From positions 46,285 through 70,284 of the forward strand of contig NZ_POSO01000003.1 in NCBI RefSeq assembly GCF_002993975.1: a stretch of DNA of 24,000 nt, read 5' to 3'. A program made the translations under genes and the position numbers. This DNA comes from Apilactobacillus micheneri (lineage in GTDB: Bacteria > Bacillota > Bacilli > Lactobacillales > Lactobacillaceae). Below are positions 1 to 8,491 of this stretch, in pieces (position 1 is the first letter of the stretch; every line of letters starts with the position of its first letter). The notes under the pieces were generated by a model. That model had not been told where the DNA came from. It worked only from the letters and a program-made list of their open reading frames with translations, and made no database searches.

Positions 1-487
1 AATCTCTGATTTTGGCCTAGCTAGGAATACGGGCATTAGTCGTTCAGATGCCAAAAAATTTATTGAAAAATACTTTAATGAATATCCAGATGTTAAAAAT
101 TATATGGATAATATTGTTCAAAAAGCTAAAGACAATGGTTATGTTGAAACCATTTTAAATCGTCGTAGGTATTTACCAGATATTAATTCTAGAAACTTTC
201 ATCAAAGATCATTTGCTGCTAGAACTGCAATGAATTCACCAATTCAAGGTAGTGCAGCTGATATTATTAAGATTGCAATGTTAAAAATGGAAAAGGCTCT
301 AAAGGATAATCACTTAAAGGCCAAAATGTTATTGCAAGTTCATGATGAATTAATATTTGAAGCACCTAAAGAAGAAATAGCAATTTTAAGCAAATTAGTA
401 CCTAAAGTGATGGATTCAGCTGTTAAATTACAAGTACCATTAAACGTTAAGAGCCATTATGGTAGTAATTGGTACAATATTAAATAA
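1..487 (+). CDS. polA: DNA polymerase I, C-terminal end (5' part lies outside the window)
   Basis: The frame is open from nt 2 and reads ISDFGLARNTGISRSDAKKFIEKYFNEYPDVKNYMDNIV... It continues through PIQGSAADIIK and LLQVHDELIFE, which are family-A polymerase palm motifs. Stop TAA at 485-487. The track start at 104 is an internal Met. Confidence 0.93.
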   Translation, partial: ISDFGLARNTGISRSDAKKFIEKYFNEYPDVKNYMDNIVQKAKDNGYVETILNRRRYLPDINSRNFHQRSFAARTAMNSPIQGSAADIIKIAMLKMEKALKDNHLKAKMLLQVHDELIFEAPKEEIAILSKLVPKVMDSAVKLQVPLNVKSHYGSNWYNIK

Positions 488-505
488 AGAAATGAGGTTT
501 TTTAA

Positions 506-1345
506 ATGCCTGAATTACCAGAAGTAGAAACTGTTAGAGAAGGATTAAATCAATTGGTTAAAGGATCACATGTTAATAGCATTGATGTTTTATATCCTAA
601 AATGATTAATGTTACTCCAGAAAAATTAAAAGTTACTTTAACTAATCAAGATATAAAAAGAATAGATAGAAGAGGAAAATACTTACTTTTCCGTTTTTCT
701 AATGACATGACATTAGTTTCCCATTTAAGAATGGAAGGAAAATATGATGTTGAACCCGAAGGCACAGAACCAACAAAACATACACATGTCATTTTTCATT
801 TAAACGATGATCGAGAACTAAGATATAAAGATAGTCGAAAATTTGGCAGAATGTATTTGATTAAAAATGGTGATGAACATACTTTATCAGGACTTGGAAC
901 AATTGGTCCAGAACCTACCGATGATGATTTAACATTTGATTATATGAAATCAATTATGAATAAAGGTAGAGGTAAAATAAAGCCATTTTTATTAAATCAA
1001 AGTCACATTGCTGGTTTAGGTAATATTTATTGTGATGAGGTTTTGTGGTTAAGCAAAATTCATCCAGAAACCATTACTAACACAATTTCTGATAATCAAA
1101 TAATGGAACTTAGAAAAAACATCATTGAAGAAATTAAAATGGCTATTAAGGGTCATGGTACTACTGTTCATTCATACTCCAATGCATATGGAGAAGCTGG
1201 TCAATTTCAAAATAGCCTTCATGTTTATGGAAGAGCTGGAGAGCCATGTGAAAGATGTGGAACTAATTTGGAAAAAATTAAAGTAGCTCAAAGAGGAACA
1301 ACTTTTTGTCCTAACTGTCAACATAAAGTGACTAAAAATGGTTAA
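506..1345 (+). CDS. mutM: Formamidopyrimidine-DNA glycosylase (Fpg/MutM)
   Basis: N-terminus MPELPEVETV carries the catalytic Pro2/Glu3 signature of Fpg/Nei. C-terminal zinc finger CERCG...FCPNC. GAGG Shine-Dalgarno upstream of the ATG. Confidence 0.95.
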   Translation: MPELPEVETVREGLNQLVKGSHVNSIDVLYPKMINVTPEKLKVTLTNQDIKRIDRRGKYLLFRFSNDMTLVSHLRMEGKYDVEPEGTEPTKHTHVIFHLNDDRELRYKDSRKFGRMYLIKNGDEHTLSGLGTIGPEPTDDDLTFDYMKSIMNKGRGKIKPFLLNQSHIAGLGNIYCDEVLWLSKIHPETITNTISDNQIMELRKNIIEEIKMAIKGHGTTVHSYSNAYGEAGQFQNSLHVYGRAGEPCERCGTNLEKIKVAQRGTTFCPNCQHKVTKNG

Positions 1346-1925
1346 AGTAATTGGACTAACAGGCGGAATTGCAACTGGAAAATCTAATGTTTCTGATTGT
1401 TTATCAAAAATGGGATATCAAATAATTGATGCTGATAAAATAACTTATCAGCTGCAACATAAGGATAACGATTGCTTAAATGCAATTACAAAACATTTTG
1501 GTAATGATATTCTAGAAAAAAATGGTGAATTAAATCGTTCTCGTTTAGCTAAACTTGTTTTTGCAAATAAAGAAAATCTAACTAATTTAGTGCGCATTAT
1601 GGATCCATATATTAGATCCAATGTTCAATCAATTATTAATAATACTCATGAAAAACTAGTTGTATTCGATGCACCTACTTTATTTGAAAATGGTTATGCT
1701 TTTATGTGCGATATGATAATTGTTGTTACTTGTACACCTATTAATCAGTTAAATAGATTACAATTGAGAAATAATTTGAGTATTTCTGATTCCGTTAAGC
1801 GGATTAAAAGTCAATGGCCTTTAAATTTTAAAGAAAAATTGGCTGATTATTTAATAGATAGTAATGGTTCCATTATGCAAACTCGTAATCAAGTGATAAA
1901 ATTGTTTAATAAAATAGATAATTAA
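1338..1925 (+). CDS. coaE: Dephospho-CoA kinase
   Basis: N-terminal P-loop IGLTGGIATGKS and a size of 195 aa are typical of CoaE. The start overlaps the mutM stop by 8 nt (ATGGTTAA). Position after mutM matches other Bacilli. Confidence 0.9.
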   Translation: MVKVIGLTGGIATGKSNVSDCLSKMGYQIIDADKITYQLQHKDNDCLNAITKHFGNDILEKNGELNRSRLAKLVFANKENLTNLVRIMDPYIRSNVQSIINNTHEKLVVFDAPTLFENGYAFMCDMIIVVTCTPINQLNRLQLRNNLSISDSVKRIKSQWPLNFKEKLADYLIDSNGSIMQTRNQVIKLFNKIDN

Positions 1926-1944
1926 AAATTTGGGGTGAAAGTTA

Positions 1945-2430
1945 ATGCAATGTCCTCATTGCCATAAAAATTCATCTAGAGTAGTAGATAGTCGTCCCAC
2001 TGAAAACGGACAAGTAATTCGTCGTCGTAGAGAATGTGAAAAGTGTGGCTATAGATATACTACCTTTGAAAGAATTGAACAAACACCATTATTAGTAGTT
2101 AAAAATAATGGTAATAGAGAAGAATTTAATCGTGAAAAAGTTTTAAAAGGAATTATCAGATCAGCAGAAAAGCGTCCAGTTTCTATGGATTCTATGAAAA
2201 CAATTGTTGATAATGTCGAATCGAAAATTAGAGCTATGGGTGAAAATGAAATTCCAAGTCAATCTATTGGTGAATATGTGATGAAAGAATTAGTAAATGT
2301 TGACGAAATTGCATATATTAGATTCGCTAGTGTATATCGACAATTTAAAGATATGACTGTCTTTTATAATGAATTAAAAGAAGTTTTAGATAATGATCAT
2401 CAAAAGAGTCAAAAAAATAACGGAGAATAG
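1945..2430 (+). CDS. nrdR: Transcriptional repressor NrdR
   Basis: MQCPHC...SRVVDSRP...CEKCGYRYTTFE is a zinc ribbon, followed by an ATP-cone region. Length 161 aa. GGGGTGA Shine-Dalgarno upstream. Confidence 0.95.
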   Translation: MQCPHCHKNSSRVVDSRPTENGQVIRRRRECEKCGYRYTTFERIEQTPLLVVKNNGNREEFNREKVLKGIIRSAEKRPVSMDSMKTIVDNVESKIRAMGENEIPSQSIGEYVMKELVNVDEIAYIRFASVYRQFKDMTVFYNELKEVLDNDHQKSQKNNGE

Positions 2431-2432
2431 AC

Positions 2433-3815
2433 ATGGAAGAATGGCGTAATATTAGTCCTCAAGATAATTTTATTCTAACTTCTGATTATTTCATTTCTGA
2501 TTTAGAAAGAAATGCTTTAGACATTCTTTATCAACCAATTATTGGGATTAATGCTTATGCTTTAATAAATAATCTTTGGAGAATGTATGAACGAGATAAA
2601 GATTTTGAATTACATGTTAATTTTGAACTGCTTGCTTATTTAAACATTGATATTCAATCATTTTATGAAGCTAGATTAAAGCTTGAAGGTGCCGGGTTGG
2701 TTAAAACTTATGTAAATGATAACCATCGTTATGTATATAAGCTTATAAAACCGCTTGATATTAATCAATTTTTTAGTGATGATTTGTTAAGTGTTACTTT
2801 ATTACAGACCATTGGTGAAAATCGTTATGAAGATATCGTTAATGATGTAATAACAGATAATTACGATTTAGAAAAATATAATGATATCTCAAAAAATTTT
2901 TTGCAAGTTTTTCATATCAAGAACAGTGAATTATCTGATACACCTAAGGATGTTAGCGAAGCCAAATCATTAGTTGTAAACTCCACAAAACCGGGTACAA
3001 ATGATGTTAATTCTGATGACGATTTTGATTTTAGTTTAGTTTTATCCATACTAGAGCAATCTTTTGTAAATATTTCTGATGTTAAGAAAAATCATCATTT
3101 AATTCAATCTGAGCATTTATTATATGGAATTAATGAACCAGAGATGGCCAGATTTATTGAAAAAGCCACTAATGTTAATAATAATGTTTTTGATCCTAAT
3201 AAACTAAAATTATTGGTTGATAGGGACTTTGCTAATAAGAATGTTAATCTTAATGAAGATAATAGAAAATCTTATGTTGCTAACGATGGTAATAATCTTA
3301 ATCAAGGTGAAAAACAGATAGTTAATATGGCTAAAGAATTTTCTCCCTTAGATTTTTTACAGGGTTTAAAAAAACAAGTAGATGGCTTTGTTCATGATAA
3401 TGAAATTAGAACTATTCGCGATGTAATGGATGTTTCTGTATTAAAACCAGAAGTTATAAATATGGTTACTTATCATATAATTATTGATCAAAAAAAGTCA
3501 GGACTAAGTAGAAATCTTTTTACTACCATTGCTGATAATTGGTCGCAAAAGGGAATTAGAACTGCTGAAGATGCCATTTCAGAAATTAGGAATCGCAAAA
3601 AGACGTCTGATGAAAAGAAGCGTGAGCATAAGAGAAGTTATCGTAAACCAATTAAGGAAGAACTTCCTGACTGGGCAAAAAATAATGATGCAAAAGATAA
3701 TTCTGTGAAAAAAGACAAAAAGAATACCCAAGATAAAGATTCGATTCCGGATGAATCTAGAAAAAAAGAATTAGAAGATAAACTAAAAAGAATTAGAAGT
3801 TGGGGTAAAAAGTGA
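2433..3815 (+). CDS. dnaB: Replication initiation / membrane attachment protein DnaB (Firmicute helicase-loading DnaB, not the replicative helicase)
   Basis: 460-aa ORF lying between nrdR and dnaI, the conserved Firmicute position for this gene. It has a DnaD/DnaB_2-like N-terminal region and a Lys/Glu-rich C-terminal tail. The call rests on synteny and general sequence character, not on a search. Confidence 0.78.
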   Translation: MEEWRNISPQDNFILTSDYFISDLERNALDILYQPIIGINAYALINNLWRMYERDKDFELHVNFELLAYLNIDIQSFYEARLKLEGAGLVKTYVNDNHRYVYKLIKPLDINQFFSDDLLSVTLLQTIGENRYEDIVNDVITDNYDLEKYNDISKNFLQVFHIKNSELSDTPKDVSEAKSLVVNSTKPGTNDVNSDDDFDFSLVLSILEQSFVNISDVKKNHHLIQSEHLLYGINEPEMARFIEKATNVNNNVFDPNKLKLLVDRDFANKNVNLNEDNRKSYVANDGNNLNQGEKQIVNMAKEFSPLDFLQGLKKQVDGFVHDNEIRTIRDVMDVSVLKPEVINMVTYHIIIDQKKSGLSRNLFTTIADNWSQKGIRTAEDAISEIRNRKKTSDEKKREHKRSYRKPIKEELPDWAKNNDAKDNSVKKDKKNTQDKDSIPDESRKKELEDKLKRIRSWGKK

Positions 3816-3824
3816 GGGTAGACA

Positions 3825-4757
3825 ATGGAAAATTTAAGTGATGAGCTATCAAGGTTAATGATTAATAAGAAGTTTGGTGAGCAATTTAAAAAGCTTGCTA
3901 ATAATGTCTTAAAAGACAAAGATGTAAATGAATTTTTGAATGCTAATAAAAATAATTTAGATCACCAAACAATTATTAAATCTATTTCTAAATTATATGA
4001 ATTTGTTAATGAACGAGATAAAGTTATTTCTGGGAAAAATTCTACAATTCCAGGATACGAACCTAAATTAGAGCTTAGTAAGGACTCAATTAATGTTGCT
4101 TATGTTCCAACAAAAAGTAAACTAGCTTCTATTAAGAATGCAAAAATGTTAAAGAAAATGCATTTAGTTTCTTTGCCCAATGCACTAAGAAAAATTGATT
4201 TAAAACAATTTTATACTGATAAAGATCAGGAACGTATAGATGCATATAACGATATATTGCAATTTATTGTTGATTATGAACAAGATCCTAAAAAATATCA
4301 TCAAGGAATTTACCTTCATGGTGAATTTGGAGTTGGGAAAACATTTCTAATGGCTGCAATGGCAAATGAACTAGTTAAAAATGGATATGAAGTAATGTTA
4401 TTACATTTTCCTAGTTTTGTTACTGAAATGAAAAATTCTATTAAAAACAATACTGTTGCCAAAAAGTTAGATAGAATTAAGAAAATGCCTTTACTCATAT
4501 TAGATGATATTGGTGCTGATGATATGTCTTCTTGGATTCGGGATGATATTTTTAGTGTAATATTGGAATATAGAATGCAAAATTCACTTCCTACATTTTT
4601 TACATCTAACTATTCAATGAGTGAGTTTGAGAATAATCATCTGAGATTTAATAATAAGGGTGATGAAGAGCCCCTGAAAGCTCAAAGAATTATGCAAAGA
4701 ATCCGCTTTTTATCCAAAGAAGTTAAAATAACTGGTGATAATCGTCGTCCACAATAA
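3825..4757 (+). CDS. dnaI: Primosomal helicase loader DnaI (AAA+)
   Basis: Walker A LHGEFGVGKTF and Walker B LLILDDIGAD. Length 310 aa. Sits immediately downstream of dnaB. Confidence 0.9.
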   Translation: MENLSDELSRLMINKKFGEQFKKLANNVLKDKDVNEFLNANKNNLDHQTIIKSISKLYEFVNERDKVISGKNSTIPGYEPKLELSKDSINVAYVPTKSKLASIKNAKMLKKMHLVSLPNALRKIDLKQFYTDKDQERIDAYNDILQFIVDYEQDPKKYHQGIYLHGEFGVGKTFLMAAMANELVKNGYEVMLLHFPSFVTEMKNSIKNNTVAKKLDRIKKMPLLILDDIGADDMSSWIRDDIFSVILEYRMQNSLPTFFTSNYSMSEFENNHLRFNNKGDEEPLKAQRIMQRIRFLSKEVKITGDNRRPQ

Positions 4758-4764
4758 AATAGAC

Positions 4765-4793
4765 TTGACATTTTATCTTTAAATAATCATAAT
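4765..4793 (+). promoter_or_regulatory. Sigma-A type promoter for the thrS leader
   Basis: TTGACA at 4765-4770, a 17-nt spacer, then CATAAT at 4788-4793. Confidence 0.6.
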
Positions 4794-4799
4794 TATAAA

Positions 4800-5041
4800 T
4801 ATAGAAGATATAATTTAATTATTTAAATTTTCAGGGAGAAGAAACATTAACTGTAAGTTTCTTTATATTTGATTTTTAAATTACCACTTCTATAAATAGT
4901 TTAGAGGAAATTCTAAATCGGGTTGTTACCGTTAAAGACTAACTATGAGGTCTGCATATAATCTATGTAGATAGAATTCGGGTGGAACCACGTAATTTAC
5001 GTCCCTAGTGTCACTTTTTGTGACGCTAGGGACTTTTTTTA
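4800..5041 (+). promoter_or_regulatory. T-box riboswitch leader (threonine) with intrinsic terminator
   Basis: T-box motif AATTCGGGTGGAACCACG at 4975-4992. F-box CCGTTA at 4929-4934. Stem III hairpin CTGCATA/TATGTAG sits just upstream of the T-box motif. Terminator is a 14-bp stem, GTCCCTAGTGTCAC (5001-5014) with GTGACGCTAGGGAC (5020-5033), followed by T7. Candidate specifier ACC followed by A at 4883-4886. Lies directly upstream of thrS. Confidence 0.88.
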
Positions 5042-5082
5042 TTCCTTTTCCCGTATAAATTAATCAAAGAGGAGAGATATTT

Positions 5083-7029
5083 ATGGCTAAGCTTTCTTTT
5101 GAATTTCCAGATGGAAATGTAAAAGATTTTGATGAGGGTGTAACTACTGAAGATATCGCTAAATCTATCTCCATTAGTTTAGCTAAAAAAGCAGTTGCCG
5201 GAAAAATTGACGATAAAATGGTTGATATAGATTTACCATTGAATTCTGGTGGAAAAATTGAAATTGTAACTAAAGATTCTGATGATGGTTTAAAAGTATT
5301 ACGTCAAACAGCTTCTCAACTATTAAAGGCTGCATTAGCTGATCAATTTACAAATATTCAATTTGGTGAAAGTACTTCTGATGAAGATGGATTCTTTGTT
5401 GATACTGATAAAAGAGAAACTCAAGTTAGTGCTGATGAATTGCCTCAACTTGAAGAACGTATGCATAAAATGGTTAAAAATAATGTTCAAATTGAACGTA
5501 AAGTTTTAAGCAAAGAAGATGCCTTAAAGCAAGTTGATGGAGATCCATATCAAGCTAAGTTAGTTAATAAATTAGCTATGAACGATCAAGTTGTATTTTA
5601 TCAAATTGGAGATTATTTAGGTTTAGGTGAAGGCGTTGTTCTTCCATCTGCTAAACAAGTTAAAGAATTTAAGCTACTATCAGTTGCTGGTGCATACTGG
5701 GAAGGTAAGTCATCAAACCCAATGTTACAAAGAATTTTTGCAACTGCATTTTATAAGAAGGCCGATTTGGAAGCTGATGTTAAACAACGTCAAGAAGCTA
5801 AAGAACGTGACCATCGTGTTATTGGTAACAAATTAGATTTATTCTTTGTTGATCCTAAGGTTGGTGCAGGTTTAGCATACTGGATGCCTAATGGTGCTAC
5901 TGTTCGTCGCGTTGTTGAAAGATATATCGTGGACAAAGAATTGGCTAATGGCTATGAACATGTTATTACTCCAGTTCTTATGAATCTTAATGCTTATAAA
6001 ACTTCAGGACATTGGGCACATTATCGTGATGATATGTTCCCACCAATGGATATGGGAGATGGTGAAGAACTAGAGTTACGTCCTATGAACTGTCCAAGTC
6101 ATATTCAAATTTATAAACATCATATTCGTTCATATCGTGAACTTCCAATTCGTATTGCTGAATTAGGAATGATGCATAGATATGAAAAATCAGGTGCCTT
6201 ATCAGGATTACAACGTGTACGTGAAATGACATTAAATGATGGGCACACTTTCTTAGCAATTGATCAAATTCAAGATGAATTTAAAAAAATCTTGCATTTA
6301 ATGACTGAAGTATACAAGGACTTTGATATTAGTAATTATCACTTTAGATTAAGTTACCGTGATCCAAAGAATACCGAAAAGTATTTTGATGATGATGAAA
6401 TGTGGAACAAGTCTCAATCAATGCTTAAGGGTGCTATGGACGATTTAGGTTTAGAATATGTTGAAGCTGAAGGTGAAGCAGCATTCTACGGTCCTAAACT
6501 TGATGTTCAAACATACACAGCTATGGGTAATGAAGAGACACTATCTACTATTCAATTAGACTTTATGTTACCTGAAAGATTTGATCTACATTATGTTGGT
6601 GAAGATGGTAAAGAACACCGTCCTGTTATGATGCACCGTGGTTTAGTTTCAACTATGGAAAGATTCATTGCTTATCTAATTGAAGTTTATAAGGGTGCTT
6701 TCCCAACATGGTTAGCTCCTCATCAAGTTAAAATTATTCCTGTAAGTATGAATAAACATGGCGATTATGCTAAACAAATTAATGAAAAATTAGTTAAAAT
6801 GGGTATTCGCTCAAGTGTTGACGACCGTAATGAAAAAATGGGTTATTTAATTCGTGATGCTCAAACTAATAAGATTCCTTATACATTAGTTGTTGGTGAT
6901 AATGAAATGAATTCCAATAGCGTTTCTGTACGTAAATACAGTGAAAAAGATAGTAAAGACGAATCTTTTGATGAATTTACTAAAGAGATTCAAAATGATA
7001 TTGATAATTATTCTAGAGGAAATAAATAA
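5083..7029 (+). CDS. thrS: Threonine--tRNA ligase
   Basis: 648 aa with an N-terminal TGS-like region. Class II core motifs include [33 protein letters not shown] and FYGPKLD, followed by a C-terminal anticodon-binding domain. AGAGGAG Shine-Dalgarno upstream. Preceded by a Thr T-box. Confidence 0.97.
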   Translation: MAKLSFEFPDGNVKDFDEGVTTEDIAKSISISLAKKAVAGKIDDKMVDIDLPLNSGGKIEIVTKDSDDGLKVLRQTASQLLKAALADQFTNIQFGESTSDEDGFFVDTDKRETQVSADELPQLEERMHKMVKNNVQIERKVLSKEDALKQVDGDPYQAKLVNKLAMNDQVVFYQIGDYLGLGEGVVLPSAKQVKEFKLLSVAGAYWEGKSSNPMLQRIFATAFYKKADLEADVKQRQEAKERDHRVIGNKLDLFFVDPKVGAGLAYWMPNGATVRRVVERYIVDKELANGYEHVITPVLMNLNAYKTSGHWAHYRDDMFPPMDMGDGEELELRPMNCPSHIQIYKHHIRSYRELPIRIAELGMMHRYEKSGALSGLQRVREMTLNDGHTFLAIDQIQDEFKKILHLMTEVYKDFDISNYHFRLSYRDPKNTEKYFDDDEMWNKSQSMLKGAMDDLGLEYVEAEGEAAFYGPKLDVQTYTAMGNEETLSTIQLDFMLPERFDLHYVGEDGKEHRPVMMHRGLVSTMERFIAYLIEVYKGAFPTWLAPHQVKIIPVSMNKHGDYAKQINEKLVKMGIRSSVDDRNEKMGYLIRDAQTNKIPYTLVVGDNEMNSNSVSVRKYSEKDSKDESFDEFTKEIQNDIDNYSRGNK

Positions 7030-7033
7030 TTTG

Positions 7034-7062
7034 TTGACAATGAATTATTTATTTGGTAGTAT
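7034..7062 (+). promoter_or_regulatory. Sigma-A promoter of the infC-rpmI-rplT operon (extended -10)
   Basis: TTGACA at 7034-7039, a 17-nt spacer, then TG-G-TAGTAT with TG at 7054-7055 and the -10 hexamer at 7057-7062. Confidence 0.65.
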
Positions 7063-7068
7063 TAAATT

Positions 7069-7207
7069 ATCGAAAAAGCAGAAGCCTTCCCGCTTCTCGC
7101 CTCAGTGACAATTAAGTTGCTAGGCATGATATCGGATGAACCTTTGTTTATTTTACAAAGGACAGATGCGGGAGCCTTCTTAGGTTCCCGCATTTTTTCT
7201 GCTTTTT
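7069..7207 (+). promoter_or_regulatory. Ribosomal protein L20 leader (transcription attenuator of infC-rpmI-rplT)
   Basis: Sits between the promoter and infC. Terminator stem ATGCGGGAGCC (7166-7176) pairs with GGTTCCCGCAT (7183-7193), followed by a T run. Upstream CTTCCCGC (7086-7093) can pair instead with GCGGGAG (7168-7174). Long-range pairing links AAAAAGCAGAA (7073-7083) with TTCTGCTTTTT (7197-7207). Context matches the known Firmicute L20 leader. Confidence 0.75.
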
Positions 7208-7230
7208 AATATACTTGGAGGTGAATTACC

Positions 7231-7752
7231 ATAGCAAACGATATGATGGTTAATGATGGAATTCGAGCACGTGAAGTTCGTTTAATTGGTGCAAATGGTG
7301 ATCAATTAGGAGTTAAGTCAAAGGCGGAAGCAATGAAACTTGCTGAAGATGCAGGATTAGATCTTGTAGTTGTAGCTCCTAAAGCTAAGCCTATGGTTGC
7401 TAAAGTATTAGATTACGGTAAATACCGCTTTGAACAACAAAAGAAAGCTCGTCAAGCTCGTAAGAAACAAAAAGTTGTCAGTGTTAAGGAAATTAGACTT
7501 AGCCCAACTATTGATACTAATGATTTCAACACTAAGTTGAAAAGAACTCAAAAGTTCTTATCAAAAGGTGAAAAAGTTCGAGTATCAATTCGTTTCAAGG
7601 GACGTGCCATCACACATAAAGAAATTGGTCGTGATGTGTTAAACAGAATGGCAGAATCTACATCAGAAGTTGCTAATGTTACTCAACGAGCAAAAATGGA
7701 TGGAAGAAGTATGTTCCTAATGCTCGCACCTAAATCAAGCGATAAAAAATAG
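7231..7752 (+). CDS. infC: Translation initiation factor IF-3, probable non-AUG (ATA) start
   Basis: Sequence ...[14 protein letters not shown]...[11 protein letters not shown]...[13 protein letters not shown]... is canonical IF3. GGAGG at 7217-7221 is 9 nt from ATA 7231, but 21 nt from the first ATG at 7243. An in-frame TGA at 7222 limits the 5' extension. ATT at 7225 is an alternative start. Confidence 0.9.
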   Translation: MANDMMVNDGIRAREVRLIGANGDQLGVKSKAEAMKLAEDAGLDLVVVAPKAKPMVAKVLDYGKYRFEQQKKARQARKKQKVVSVKEIRLSPTIDTNDFNTKLKRTQKFLSKGEKVRVSIRFKGRAITHKEIGRDVLNRMAESTSEVANVTQRAKMDGRSMFLMLAPKSSDKK

Positions 7753-7798
7753 TTAGTATTTATATAATACTTTAAAGAATTTAAGGGAGGATTTCACA

Positions 7799-7987
7799 AT
7801 GCCAAAGACTAAAACAAATCGTGCTATTGCTAAGCGTTTCAAAAAGACCGCTAAGGGTGGTTTAAAGAGTGCTAATGCATTTACAAGTCACCGTTTCCAT
7901 GGTAAGACAAAGAAACAACGTCGTAACCTACGTGGAACTAGCATGATCAATAAGACAACTGCTAATAAATACGAAAAGATGTTTTAA
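7799..7987 (+). CDS. rpmI: 50S ribosomal protein L35
   Basis: MPKTKTNRAIAKRFKKTAKGGLK...SHRF... is 62 aa and basic. GGGAGG Shine-Dalgarno upstream. Lies between infC and rplT. Confidence 0.95.
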   Translation: MPKTKTNRAIAKRFKKTAKGGLKSANAFTSHRFHGKTKKQRRNLRGTSMINKTTANKYEKMF

Positions 7988-8019
7988 TTAATAAGACATA
8001 ATTATAGGAGGATTTAAAC

Positions 8020-8375
8020 ATGCCAAGAGTTAAGGTGGAACAGTTACTCATGCACGTCGTAAACGTGTTTTAAAACAAGCTAAGGGTTACCGTGAAGGTA
8101 AACACAGTCTTTTCAAGACTGCTAAAGACCAAGTTATGAAGTCACGCGAATATGCATTCCGTGATCGTAAAGCAAACAAAAGTAATTTCAGAAGATTATG
8201 GATTGCTCGTATTAACGCAGCAGCTCGTATGAATGGATTAAGCTACAGTAAATTAATGCACGGTTTGAAACTTTCAAACATTGAAATGAACCGTAAAATG
8301 TTAGCTGATTTAGCTGTAAATGACGAAAAAGCATTTGCTTCATTAGCCGAAACTGCTAAGAAAGCTGTTAAATAA
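8020..8375 (+). pseudogene. rplT: 50S ribosomal protein L20, frameshifted as assembled (one G missing near 8035); probably an intact gene with a homopolymer sequencing error
   Basis: ATG 8020 lies after AGGAGG and gives MPRVK, then the frame hits TAA at 8071-8073. The frame that opens at GGA 8037 (one base missing after AAG 8032-8034) reads [36 protein letters not shown]..., continuous with track ORF 8136-8375. The canonical L20 N-terminus is MPRVKGG. Observed AAGGTGGA where AAGGGTGGA is expected. Confidence 0.9.
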
Positions 8376-8389
8376 TTTTCAAAAATAAA

Positions 8390-8428
8390 ACTTTCACCAC
8401 TTAAGGTAAGTAGGTGGGAGTTTTTTTC
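8390..8428 (+). terminator. Intrinsic terminator after rplT
   Basis: Stem ACTTTCACC (8390-8398) pairs with GGTGGGAGT (8413-8421): 9 bp including 2 G-U pairs. Followed by T7. Confidence 0.7.
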
Positions 8429-8491
8429 TTATTAAGTAAGTAATTAAAATTGCTTACTTTACATATATTTATTAAGAGGAGTTTTATTATT

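Noticed and set aside
3638-3919. 93-aa minus-strand ORF overlapping the dnaB 3' end and dnaI 5' end. The same reasoning covers the other antisense or alternate-frame track ORFs at 4316-4498, 5627-5836, 10593-10886, 11022-11225, 11794-12045, 12042-12266, 13526-13795, 14267-14464, 18026-18211 and 23580-23858.
   Set aside because: All lie entirely inside well-supported conserved genes, either on the opposite strand or in another frame. They have Leu/Ser/Phe/Ile-rich low-complexity translations, as expected from reading AT-rich, Lys/Glu-rich coding DNA out of frame. I saw no Shine-Dalgarno for any of them. They are treated as spurious.
7753-7798. Small AT-rich inverted repeat AGTATT-N5-AATACT between infC and rpmI. 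Similar short palindromes occur at 8434-8460 and 16093-16109.
   Set aside because: These are 6-7 bp arms made only of A/T in AT-rich spacers. They have no following T run or conserved context and are expected by chance.
8020-8073. Programmed ribosomal frameshifting as an explanation for the rplT break (and likewise the tmcAL break at 12835-12842).
   Set aside because: The rplT site has no slippery heptamer or stimulatory structure; it is simply a GG/GGG run. No recoding is known for L20 or TmcAL. Two homopolymer indels close together are explained more simply by sequencing error.
8450-8491. 5' extension of yqeG from TTG 8450, as in the ORF track (190 aa).
   Set aside because: There is no Shine-Dalgarno before 8450. 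The extension reads MLTLHIFIKRSFII and overlaps the post-rplT terminator/promoter region. ATG 8492 has AAGAGGAG upstream and gives a normal YqeG N-terminus.
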